Source: Candidatus Heimdallarchaeota archaeon
Lineage (GTDB): Archaea; Asgardarchaeota; Heimdallarchaeia; Heimdallarchaeales; Heimdallarchaeaceae
Direction of reading: 5' to 3'
Assembly: GCA_030668875.1 (NCBI GenBank)
Contig: DAOVER010000039.1
Coordinates: 1-27,857, forward strand
DNA length: 27,857 nt
Below, one piece after another: positions 1-8,935 of this stretch. The position numbers and the translations under genes were made by a program. The notes under the pieces are model-generated. The model was not told the origin of the DNA. It worked only from the letters and a program-made list of their open reading frames with translations, and searched no databases. Within the stretch, counting starts at the first letter, position 1, and each line of letters opens with the position of its first letter.

Positions 1-44
1 TCCGCACTTTCCTATATAAACCCGTAGAAAAAGTACTGCAGGTA

Positions 45-215
45 AAAATACTTCCGCCCTCCCTTGTAGAGTGCAATGACTCCCCACCACAACCCTTCTG
101 GCAAGATTGGATAAGATTTGCAGACACAGTTGTTTACGGTAATATTACCGTTTCTTCTCTAGACGAGAGTCCTCTTGACAAGAAGGTGGGTGAAAAAACT
201 AAGGTGTAACCTTGT
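45..215. other. GC-enriched, hairpin-rich non-coding segment (possible structured RNA or mobile-element relic)
   Basis: Perfect 16-bp palindrome ACGGTAATATTACCGT at 136-151 and several short stems (GAGT/ACTC, TCTTG/CAAGA, AACCTT/AAGGTT). A 24-nt motif starting at 95 matches the one at 3609 in 19 of 24 positions. Confidence 0.3.
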
Positions 216-389
216 GATAAGGTTTATTTCTTTACGAGAATTTTTTCGATTAAATTTACACATAGTTTTTATATTCTGTAACTTAGATTGGCGTTTTCCT
301 ACCATAATAGCTAAGTTTTGAGGGGGAAAGTTTATTATTGTTTATACCATTTAATTGATGAATCTTTCAAAATATCAAAGTGAAGAAAA

Positions 390-2744
390 ATGAAAAAATT
401 AGCAGTTTTAATTTTGTTATTTATAGTAGTAAATCCTATCACAAGTCAATCCAACACGATTATTTTAGATGACACATTTGTTCCATTGCAATATGTCTCT
501 CATTCACCTTTTGATGTTGATGAAGATTCAGATTTCATTAGTTATGCATTCCCAGGAAATGGATCTTTAATAGATCCGTATATTATTGAAGATTACATTA
601 TAACTACTTCAAATTCATATGGAATTAGGATAAGCAATGTTACAAAATATTTCGTCATACGTAATTGTATGATCGAAAATCAACTCATAGGGGTTCATAT
701 TCAGAACGTAAGTTCAAATCGAACAAATGTTCAATATAATATATGTAAAAATAATAGTGACTATGGAATTAGAATAGAAAATAGTGGTGAGGTTGGAGTA
801 GAGAATAATACATGTCAAAATAATGGCAAGTCAGGAATATATATCTTTAATGGAACAAATTCTTTGATAAAGAGCAATATCTGTGAGTATAATGGTGTAC
901 ATGGCATCTATGTAGAGGATACTGCTTTAACAATGATTACTAAAAATGATTGTTACAACAATTTTCATTATGGAATAAACATTGAAAATTGCAGTTCATC
1001 AGAAGTAGTGGAAAACAGCTGTAATCAGAATCGTGTTTATGGTACTAAGATTTTTGATAGTCCTTCATCGATTTTTTTGAATAATGAACTCAACTCCAAT
1101 TGGAGAGGTGCTTATTTCTTCAGATGTGATTTCAATAATATTTCAAATAACACATGCGAGGATAGTTCAAGCTCAGGATTTACAATAACTAGATGTGAGC
1201 AAATTAACTTTACAAAAAATTTACTAGCAAATAATGATGAAGATGGATTAGATGCATTTTTTATGGACAATTCTATAGTTGATAACAATACATGTATCGG
1301 AAATAGGAAAGCGGGTTTAAGTATCAGAAGTGCGCTTAATTCCACTATTTCATTCAACAACTTAACTAATAATGGGTTAGAAATTGAGGAAACGCTGACT
1401 GAATCATATTCAACATATACTCTATATAACAACACTATCAACAATTTACCTTTTGGTTTTCTTTTACATCTAAGAGATGGAATAATTACAAAGGAATATG
1501 GACAAATGCTTTTAGTTAATTGTTCTAGAACAACTATCGAAGGAAAATCACCAATATCTATTAAACTATCTAATAGTCCTCAAAACACGATTATTAATAA
1601 TAATGTAAAACATAGTGAAATTGGAATTAATCTGATAAATTCAGATTTTTGTGAAATTCTGAATAATTCTATAAGTCATCAGCTTTTTTACGGAATATAT
1701 ACAGAAGATTCTGATCACACCCTCATAGCAAACAATACGATAGGGGGTTTCACTTATGAAGGATTTTATATACGGTATTCTCCAAATTCTGAAATAATAA
1801 ATAATACTATCCAAGATTGTACTATCTGTCTAATTTGGGGATCTGACAGCTCAATTTTTAGTCAAAATACTTTAACTATAGATTATGGTGTAGGATTTGA
1901 ACAATCGTCAGACCTCATTGTTGAAAACAACTACTTCTACAAAGGAGGATTTATTTTTTCAGAGCCTTCTTTAGATTTTCTGACATATACTTGGAATAAC
2001 AATCTGATCGATGGATTACCTTCAATGATTCTGATTGATCTTAATGGTATAACTGTGACTGAAAAATTTGCACAAATTCTACTTATTAACTGTATCAATG
2101 TCATAGTCAAAGATCAGCAGTTTACGAATGTTCCAGAAGGTGTAGCCGTAAGGCAGAGTGAACATATCACTATTAGGAACTGTCTATTTACGAATGGATC
2201 TGGTACTGCAATGTACATCATGTATTCTTCCTATATTGATATCAGAGACAATATAGTCGACAATTATTTCCAAGGTATTCTAATTCGCGAAATGACACCG
2301 TACATCAATATTTCTCATAACACTTTCATGAATAATGCAGCTCAAGGAATTGTGCTTTCTGATGACTACTGTCGAATTACATACAACCTCTTTCAAAACA
2401 ATTCCGCTCACGGGATAAGTATCTATGAAGGACATTCTAACATTTTACATCACAATAATTTTATTGGGAATAATCATGATCACGAATGGGGTACTTCTCA
2501 AGCTCTAGATGAGGGATATTCTAATCAATGGTATGAAGCATCGACTCATCAAGGAAATTTCTGGGATGACTGGAGTGGTTCTGGACCATATATCTTAGAT
2601 GGAGGTAATGTTGACCCTTATCCATTATCTTCCGAAGTTCCAGCTATCATGCCTGAATATTCAGCGAACCTTCTTATAGCTTGCATTCTATCTCTTTTCT
2701 TCGTAATTTTTATTTCGAGAAAACATCGAAAAAAACAACTGTAA
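390..2744 (+). CDS. Secreted, membrane-anchored right-handed parallel beta-helix protein (NosD/CASH-like), 784 aa
   Basis: Signal peptide MKKLAVLILLFIVV, N-cap FPGNGSLIDPYIIE, many I-x-N-N-T-C/G-I-x-I repeats, C-cap GNFWDDWSGSGPY...DPYPL, then MPEYS, a TM helix and RKHRKK. Confidence 0.9.
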   Translation: MKKLAVLILLFIVVNPITSQSNTIILDDTFVPLQYVSHSPFDVDEDSDFISYAFPGNGSLIDPYIIEDYIITTSNSYGIRISNVTKYFVIRNCMIENQLIGVHIQNVSSNRTNVQYNICKNNSDYGIRIENSGEVGVENNTCQNNGKSGIYIFNGTNSLIKSNICEYNGVHGIYVEDTALTMITKNDCYNNFHYGINIENCSSSEVVENSCNQNRVYGTKIFDSPSSIFLNNELNSNWRGAYFFRCDFNNISNNTCEDSSSSGFTITRCEQINFTKNLLANNDEDGLDAFFMDNSIVDNNTCIGNRKAGLSIRSALNSTISFNNLTNNGLEIEETLTESYSTYTLYNNTINNLPFGFLLHLRDGIITKEYGQMLLVNCSRTTIEGKSPISIKLSNSPQNTIINNNVKHSEIGINLINSDFCEILNNSISHQLFYGIYTEDSDHTLIANNTIGGFTYEGFYIRYSPNSEIINNTIQDCTICLIWGSDSSIFSQNTLTIDYGVGFEQSSDLIVENNYFYKGGFIFSEPSLDFLTYTWNNNLIDGLPSMILIDLNGITVTEKFAQILLINCINVIVKDQQFTNVPEGVAVRQSEHITIRNCLFTNGSGTAMYIMYSSYIDIRDNIVDNYFQGILIREMTPYINISHNTFMNNAAQGIVLSDDYCRITYNLFQNNSAHGISIYEGHSNILHHNNFIGNNHDHEWGTSQALDEGYSNQWYEASTHQGNFWDDWSGSGPYILDGGNVDPYPLSSEVPAIMPEYSANLLIACILSLFFVIFISRKHRKKQL

Positions 2745-2900
2745 TATGATTTGCTATTTGGGGTAAATACTTTGCAAGATTTAACGAAAATTCAGTTTTG
2801 TTTACTGGATTATTTAGCTATTATAGCTTTAATTCTCTTCATAGGTGTATTAGTGGGCAATTACGTCTATATGATAAAAGTCAAATGTCCAGGTTCATGA
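2745..2900 (+). pseudogene. Possible gene relic encoding one TM helix
   Basis: Open 52-codon frame with no ATG start (...LLDYLAIIALILFIGVLVGNYVYMIKVKCPGS*); a TTG lies at 2751. Confidence 0.25.
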
Positions 2901-2937
2901 TTAAGCTTAAAAACATCTAATCAATGTAAACATACAA

Positions 2938-3474
2938 ATGAAGATGAATGTAAATGATGTAGAGATACAACCAAAAATACTGATATCATATTACACACGT
3001 TCAGGAAATACTGAGAAACTTGCAAATCAGATAAAGAACCTTGTAGGTGGTGATCTTTTCAGAATTGAAGTAGTTAATGAATATCCTCCCAGTTATCAGG
3101 AAGTTCTCAAAGTTAGTAAGGTAGAAATTGACAATCAGTACAAACCACCAATAAAAAATTATGTAGAAAATATGGACGAATATGATATCGTTTTTGTTGG
3201 TACTCCTAACTGGTACAGTACAATGGCTCCACCAGTTGCAACATTTCTTTCCATGCATGATCTATCAGAGAAGACAATTATCCCTTTTGCAACACATGGA
3301 GGTGGTGGAGAAGCTCGATGCTTAACTGATATTAATGAAATGAGCTCTCAAGCAACTGTTCTAGAAGGAATCGCGATTTACGGTTCACAAGCTGAGACTG
3401 CAAAAAATAAAATGTTAATGTGGTTAAAGAAATTGCAAATATTCAGCAATTCACTAAGAGAACTTAATGACTGA
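2938..3474 (+). CDS. Flavodoxin (Flavodoxin_4-like)
   Basis: FMN-binding motifs YYTRSGNTEKLANQI, FVGTPNWYST and PFATHGGGG. Confidence 0.9.
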   Translation: MKMNVNDVEIQPKILISYYTRSGNTEKLANQIKNLVGGDLFRIEVVNEYPPSYQEVLKVSKVEIDNQYKPPIKNYVENMDEYDIVFVGTPNWYSTMAPPVATFLSMHDLSEKTIIPFATHGGGGEARCLTDINEMSSQATVLEGIAIYGSQAETAKNKMLMWLKKLQIFSNSLRELND

Positions 3475-3551
3475 AATTAATAGAAGTTTTATAAAGAAAA
3501 AGAAATGAATTTATGGTTCCAACCATTTACAATTCAATTCTTTCCTTCCTT

Positions 3552-3650
3552 CTGATCCTCTTCCCCTCAACGCACGTGAGGGGATCCACTTAAACGACGG
3601 TCAGAATGCTTCTGGCAAGTTTGACCAAGTTTCATAACGTGCGCTAGTAA
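3552..3650 (-). mobile_element. Orphan IS200/IS605-type right end or TnpB omegaRNA-like relic (no tnpA/tnpB)
   Basis: The minus strand ends GGATCCCCTCACGTGCGTTGAGGGGAAGAGGATCAG. There is an 8-bp stem (3562-3569/3577-3584), a second hairpin GGTCA/TGACC (3599-3603/3622-3626), and 3637-3643 is complementary to 3571-3577. Confidence 0.4.
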
Positions 3651-3769
3651 GAAATTTTCTTTCTTATATTCTATGGTGTATTAATAGGGAGAGAATCTAC
3701 ATTTATTTAGGTGTTTTACATGTAACTCATGTCTGTCTATATTGAGGAATTGTACAAAATTCACTGAAT

Positions 3770-4504
3770 TCACTTTGTTTTCAAAAAGGTGGTGATTAAA
3801 GCCAAGGTATGCTGCATAATCATTTCATAATCCATTTGGACCCTCACTAATGTTGATTTTCTTAAACTAGTTTCGTTCATCACTCCACATATTAATACAA
3901 ATAAGAAATGAACTATTTGTTCAACTCCCATGTCTGTTTCAATTGTTTTATCTTTTTTTCCATTTGAAACAGCTCTAATCCACAATTCACCTATCCTGAG
4001 CATTTGTACGTAAAATTTTATGAGATATGGTTGTTTAAAATTCTCAATTAATTCATTATATTTGATTGTACCAAGACTTTCCACTATTTCCTCGTGCATT
4101 TCTTCTACTGGAAATAAATCTGTGAAATTTATACGATTAAACCATTCTCTAGCAATTGTGAAACCTACCATGTCAGAAAAAACCTTGAAAATTCTTTCAC
4201 TCAAATATAAAACCTGTTCATATCCCGTCATATCATTAGGAAAATTATTTTCGTTAAAATCATTTTCTTCCTTTAATAGCTCGATTCCCAGACCAAAAAA
4301 AATTTCATCTTTATTCTGAAAATAATGATATATCGTAGTTCGACTAATAAAAGCCTCTTCAGCTATATTTTCAACAGAAATGTCATTAAAATGCTTATCT
4401 AAGAGAAATTTATGCGCAGCTTTAAGTATTTCGCTTCTAGTATTCTCTTTTTTCTTATCACGTAGAGTTTGCTTCTTTTTCGTTAGATCTGTTGATTTAT
4501 TCAT
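3770..4504 (-). CDS. TetR/AcrR family transcriptional regulator
   Basis: N-terminal HTH RSEILKAAHKFLL...ISVENIAEEAFISRTTIYHYFQNKDEIF; transcribed divergently from the ABC-2 exporter. Confidence 0.92.
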   Translation of the reverse strand: MNKSTDLTKKKQTLRDKKKENTRSEILKAAHKFLLDKHFNDISVENIAEEAFISRTTIYHYFQNKDEIFFGLGIELLKEENDFNENNFPNDMTGYEQVLYLSERIFKVFSDMVGFTIAREWFNRINFTDLFPVEEMHEEIVESLGTIKYNELIENFKQPYLIKFYVQMLRIGELWIRAVSNGKKDKTIETDMGVEQIVHFLFVLICGVMNETSLRKSTLVRVQMDYEMIMQHTLALITTFLKTK

Positions 4505-4582
4505 ATATATCTGTTATAAGAACAGTCTATATAAAGTTTTACAAAGAGTAAAGTTTATAAATGGTAATAACTAATTGTATTC

Positions 4583-4602
4583 TGTGTAAAGATTAATACA
4601 CA
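4583..4602. promoter_or_regulatory. Candidate TetR operator
   Basis: Inverted repeat TGTGTA-N8-TACACA in the divergent tetR/ABC intergenic region. Confidence 0.3.
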
Positions 4603-4656
4603 TAATGGTGATTTATATTGCATGTCGAAAAAACTGGAAAAAATGGAGGAGTAATT

Positions 4657-5448
4657 ATGAAAGCGAGTATAAATAAAAAATACGCTAACTCCAATTCCAT
4701 TGAAGTGAAGGATCTAAAGAAGCACTTTACTGGGAAAAGAGGGTTGGAAGATGTTAAAGCAGTTGATGGAGTATCTTTTCAAGTAGAAAATGGAGAGGTC
4801 TTCGGAATTTTGGGTCCGAATGGAGCAGGAAAGTCTACTATTGTTAACATTTTAACAGGTATAAGCTCACCAACAGAAGGAACAGCAATTGTAGGTGGAT
4901 TTAATGTTAAAACCGAGCTTAAACAAATTAAAAAAGTGATAAGCATGTGCCCACAAGAACCTTCTGTTTATAAATTTCTTACAGGTTTTGAGAACATTCA
5001 GTTTTTTGGCAATTTACACCTAATGTCGAAAAAAGAGATAATGGGACGCTCAGAAGAACTATTGAAGATGTTAGGATTATATGAAGCCCGGAAACGGAAA
5101 ACAAAAGGATATAGTGGTGGGATGTTAAGACAACTAAGTCTAATCATTGCGTTGATCAACGAACCCGACATATTATTTCTAGATGAGCCAACAGTCGGAA
5201 TGGACCCTCGAGCTCGACGAAAAGTTTGGGAGTTTCTTGGTTCCATAAAAAAACAAAATAAAACTATCCTTTTAACTACCCATTATATAGAAGAAGCGGA
5301 AGCGCTTTGCGATAGAGTGGCAATAATTGATTATGGAAAGTTGATAGCAATTGGACCTCCACAAAAATTAATTGAGGAGCATGAAGTTAATAATTTGGAA
5401 GAGGTTTTTCTGAAGATAACTGGCAGAAGAATTTTGGAGGGAATCTAA
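4657..5448 (+). CDS. ABC-2 (DrrA/CcmA-like) exporter ATP-binding subunit
   Basis: Walker A GPNGAGKS, signature YSGGM, Walker B ILFLDEP, H-loop LTTHY. ATG 4657 was chosen over TTG 4618 because GGAGGA lies at 4645-4650. Confidence 0.95.
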   Translation: MKASINKKYANSNSIEVKDLKKHFTGKRGLEDVKAVDGVSFQVENGEVFGILGPNGAGKSTIVNILTGISSPTEGTAIVGGFNVKTELKQIKKVISMCPQEPSVYKFLTGFENIQFFGNLHLMSKKEIMGRSEELLKMLGLYEARKRKTKGYSGGMLRQLSLIIALINEPDILFLDEPTVGMDPRARRKVWEFLGSIKKQNKTILLTTHYIEEAEALCDRVAIIDYGKLIAIGPPQKLIEEHEVNNLEEVFLKITGRRILEGI

Positions 5449-5450
5449 TC

Positions 5451-6206
5451 ATGAAAACAAAAAGAATACTTACCATTGTTAAGATGGAGCTGTTAAGAGT
5501 ACTAAGAGACCCAGTTGTTTTAGTCTTCACAGTATTGTTAGTACCATTGTTAATACTAATTTTTGGGTTAACTATGGGTTCTAATTATGGATGGCATTCT
5601 GAATATACTATATTCGAAATAATGCTTCCAGGATTTCTAACTTATGCCTGTTTAATGACAATATATGATGTTGCTGCATCAGTTGCTGGTGAACGTGCGT
5701 TAGGTATACAAAGAAGAATTAATACAACTCCATTAACTTCCGCTGAATATATTCTTAGTCAGTTGATATCCTACACGATTAAACCACTTATTCAACTATT
5801 TTTGGGATTTGGTGTTGCTCTTATTGTTGGATATCGACCATTAGCCACAGCTGCAGGATATTTGTTGGTGATTGTGTTTTTAGTGCTTCTCACATTTTGC
5901 TCTGTAGGATTTGGACTGATAACAGCTCACTTTGCAAAAAGTGCTGGTGCAGCAGGTGGATTAGCTTTTATTTTCATCGTACCTCAACAGATATTTGCCA
6001 CCTTTATTCCTCCAGTATTTATAGGGGCGGATTCATTTAAATGGATCTTTCCGAGTTTCTATGCTACTGAAGGTTTAGGCTATATTTTTGCAGGAAGCTC
6101 TTTAACTGACTTATATTTATGGATGATACTGGGAATACTTTTCGCTATTAGTATTGTAATATATGTTATTGGTATATTAGTATATGAGAAAAATAAAAAT
6201 AAATGA
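5451..6206 (+). CDS. ABC-2 type exporter permease
   Basis: About six TM helices with ERALGIQRRINTTPLTSAEYILSQ and WIFPSFYA motifs; starts 2 nt after the ATPase stop. Confidence 0.92.
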   Translation: MKTKRILTIVKMELLRVLRDPVVLVFTVLLVPLLILIFGLTMGSNYGWHSEYTIFEIMLPGFLTYACLMTIYDVAASVAGERALGIQRRINTTPLTSAEYILSQLISYTIKPLIQLFLGFGVALIVGYRPLATAAGYLLVIVFLVLLTFCSVGFGLITAHFAKSAGAAGGLAFIFIVPQQIFATFIPPVFIGADSFKWIFPSFYATEGLGYIFAGSSLTDLYLWMILGILFAISIVIYVIGILVYEKNKNK

Positions 6207-6474
6207 AATCTATCCTAAGAAAATGGGTGTGATTAATTTTACCACGCTCAAATACCTTTTTTCTTTAAATAAATTTGGATTTTTTCAATATACTATTTCT
6301 AAGGTGAAATAAGCATCGTAGCATTGTAGACAAGGTTATAGAAAAAAGAATAAAAAGGAATTAATAGGGTACAAATATATTCTCTTTTTCTTTTTTATTA
6401 GTATATTTCTAACAAACTTTTTATTCAAGATACTAGAATATAATATATTAGAACTAATTTTATGAGGATAAAAC

Positions 6475-8010
6475 ATGAAATGTGTTTCAAACCTATCTAA
6501 AGCCTTTGTAAAAGGGCTTTTCTGCATATTGATCATGCTTATATGTTTAAGTTTTCATCCATCTATAAATACTAAGTTTGCGACTCTCCCTCCTGATCAT
6601 GGAGTAAGTTTGTCTTTGACACCACATGAACCAATTTCAATTATTTCTGATAGTGATTTTGGTCCTTCAAAATATAATTATTCAGGATCTGGAACAGCTG
6701 AAGATCCTTATGTTATTGAAGGATATAGTATCACAACAACGAGTCTTATTGGTATTAATATTGCTGGCACAACTAAATATTTCATTATTCGTAATTGCTA
6801 TATTGACGCAAGTGATTACGGCATTTATATCAGTGATGTATCAGATGGTACAGCTACTGTCTCCAATAACACGTGTTATTATAGCGGTCGTGGCATCTGG
6901 CTTTCTTATTCTGACAGTTCTACTGTCAATAATAACACATGCAAATTCAATGACGAAGATGGCATAACCCTAGATTATTCTGATAAATCTTTAGTTGCAA
7001 ATAATACTTGCAATTGCAATGGTGATTATGGTATCCATCTTAGTAGATCTGAGAATTCTATTGTTACTAATAACTTGTGTAGAAGTAACATGTGGAGCAT
7101 CTCAATCGGAGTTTCTCATAACTCTACTGTTACTTATAATAGGTGTTATAATAATTTCGTAGGATTATCTTTTGGAAATAGTAGGAGTTGTACTGCTGCT
7201 AACAACTCTTGTAATAATAACGGTATAGGGATTTCTGTTAAATTATCCTCCTCTTGTATTATATCTAACAATACATGTATATCTAATGCAGATTATGATG
7301 GCATCACCCTAACTTCTTCTGATTATTGTTTCCTTACCAACAACCTTCTAAAAGATAATAGAGGTGAGGGTATCTATTTATCAACTGATTCTGATTTTAA
7401 TATAATCCACCATAACGTTTTTGTTCATAATCGAGTTACTCCCCAGGCAACAGATTGGGGTTTCAATAATATATGGTTTGAATTTGCAGCTTTAGAAGGG
7501 AACTACTGGGATGATTGGTCCGGAACCTTAGAGTATTCAATCGGCGGTGGAGCTGATTCTAGTGATCCTTATCCTCTAGGTGTGCCTAGTGTATATTATG
7601 GTGCTCCTCTAATTGAATCAGTTCTTCATTCACCCCTCTCTCCTACAGAAAAAGACAATGTCAGAATAGAATCTGTTGTTACTAGTTTTTATGGTATGCA
7701 ATCGGTTGCTCTACATTACAGAATTAATGACTTATTTTGGAGAGTATTGAATATGACACTTGATTATGATGATGTGTACAGCCTAAAAATTGGTTCTTTT
7801 CCAATTAATGCAACAATAGAATATTATGTTAGTGCGGTAGGTAATTCTATTTACCATAATATTACGATTAATGACAACTCTAGTTTATTTTACTCATTTA
7901 CAATTAGAGCTTATATTTCAGATCCACAAATTTCTACTTATCTGATTCCTTGGTTTACTGTGTCCTTCTTGTTCTTTGTTTTAGTTGTAGTAAAAAGAAG
8001 AAGAAAATAA
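6475..8010 (+). CDS. Beta-helix surface protein A1 with a C-terminal Ig-like domain and TM anchor, 511 aa
   Basis: GSGTAEDPYVIE cap, NNTC repeats, EGNYWDDWSG...DPYPL, an Ig-like segment (PLIESVLHSPLSP...IEYYVSA...YSFTI), TM helix and KRRRK. Confidence 0.9.
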   Translation: MKCVSNLSKAFVKGLFCILIMLICLSFHPSINTKFATLPPDHGVSLSLTPHEPISIISDSDFGPSKYNYSGSGTAEDPYVIEGYSITTTSLIGINIAGTTKYFIIRNCYIDASDYGIYISDVSDGTATVSNNTCYYSGRGIWLSYSDSSTVNNNTCKFNDEDGITLDYSDKSLVANNTCNCNGDYGIHLSRSENSIVTNNLCRSNMWSISIGVSHNSTVTYNRCYNNFVGLSFGNSRSCTAANNSCNNNGIGISVKLSSSCIISNNTCISNADYDGITLTSSDYCFLTNNLLKDNRGEGIYLSTDSDFNIIHHNVFVHNRVTPQATDWGFNNIWFEFAALEGNYWDDWSGTLEYSIGGGADSSDPYPLGVPSVYYGAPLIESVLHSPLSPTEKDNVRIESVVTSFYGMQSVALHYRINDLFWRVLNMTLDYDDVYSLKIGSFPINATIEYYVSAVGNSIYHNITINDNSSLFYSFTIRAYISDPQISTYLIPWFTVSFLFFVLVVVKRRRK

Positions 8011-8191
8011 TTTTCTTGTTCTATTGATTTGCTTCTTTGAACTTATAATCCTAAACCTATACTTACTTAAGCAATTCTATAATTAATTAACTTTCAATGT
8101 TTATTGGAAATCCATTCTATAAAACTTATATACTAATGTCATCTATTATTAGTTTGCATATCTTATTTAATGAATAAGGAGCAAAGAAAAA

Positions 8192-8617
8192 ATGGCAATT
8201 AATGAAATCGGTCAACAAATAAAATCTATTTATACATGGATCTGATTGAATGTTTTCCTTTTCTGGTTAATATTTCCACCTATTGTTCTTCTAGTTAAAT
8301 GGTTTAATCTTGCTAGCATTACAAAGGCACAAAATGATCCTGGATTAACAGAAGCTGGTGATAAACTATTCTTGTCTCTAGTACTACTTTTGCTTCCATT
8401 TGGTATAACACAACTAATAGCTGTGATATTCTTCATATCTTACTATGGCAAAATGGAAGCTTGGGCTGGAGCAAACAACAGAGGAGTAGCAGCTACTGGT
8501 TTTGGTCAAGTTAAAACAGCTATGATTCTGAACATAATTCCATTAGGAATAACTCAATTTATTGGTTTGATTATGTTCTTAATTGGTTTTCCAAAAGCTG
8601 GAAACGGCATGTTGTAA
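8192..8617 (+). pseudogene. Small multi-pass membrane protein with an in-frame TGA at 8243-8245
   Basis: ATG 8192 (AAGGAG upstream) reads MAINEIGQQIKSIYTWI*LNVFLFWLIFPP..., in frame with the 8246-8617 ORF. Confidence 0.6.
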
Positions 8618-8695
8618 ATTTCTTAAACTCTTTTCTTTTTCTTCTTTTTCTAGCAATCAGCATTCTTTTATTCATGATAAAAATAATAACAACAT

Positions 8696-8935
8696 TCTAA
8701 AATCTAAATGTAAATATTTATATTGTAATTTTTCTGTTTATGTTATTATGCGGAGGATGTTTTTTAGAAAAAAGAATAAGCTGATATTTTTGGGTTTGAT
8801 TTTTGCATTATCTCTACTTACTGTCTCCAATTTAAATTTGATTTCTTTTGGAGTTCATGCCAAAGTATCAGTTGATCATACTGAATTTTCTTTTGATTAC
8901 ATAGAACGAGGTTCTATTTCTATTATTGGAGATGC
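8696..8935 (+). repeat. Promoter and leader of B1, duplicated at about 11939-12178
   Basis: Identical 30-mer at 8775-8804 and 12018-12047. The TTTATA box lies 31 and 30 nt before the respective ATGs. Confidence 0.9.

Noticed and set aside
1-22. Minus-strand AGGAAAGTGCGG resembling the RNase P GAGGAAAGUCC motif or a group II intron GUGCG start
   Set aside because: It has mismatches and no supporting P1-P3 or intron domains. The adjacent TTTATATA is better read as a TATA box.
3758-3774. Direct repeat AATTCACT-G-AATTCACT at the tetR stop as a target-site duplication
   Set aside because: No element lies between the copies, so it is likely chance or slippage.
8243-8245. Selenocysteine decoding of the in-frame TGA
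   Set aside because: The context is a TM helix with no redox motif, no SECIS-like hairpin was seen, and the SelB-like gene lacks a functional G domain.
8583-8747. N-terminal extension of B1 overlapping the upstream gene
   Set aside because: It translates T-rich terminator and promoter sequence; the conserved start is ATG 8748.
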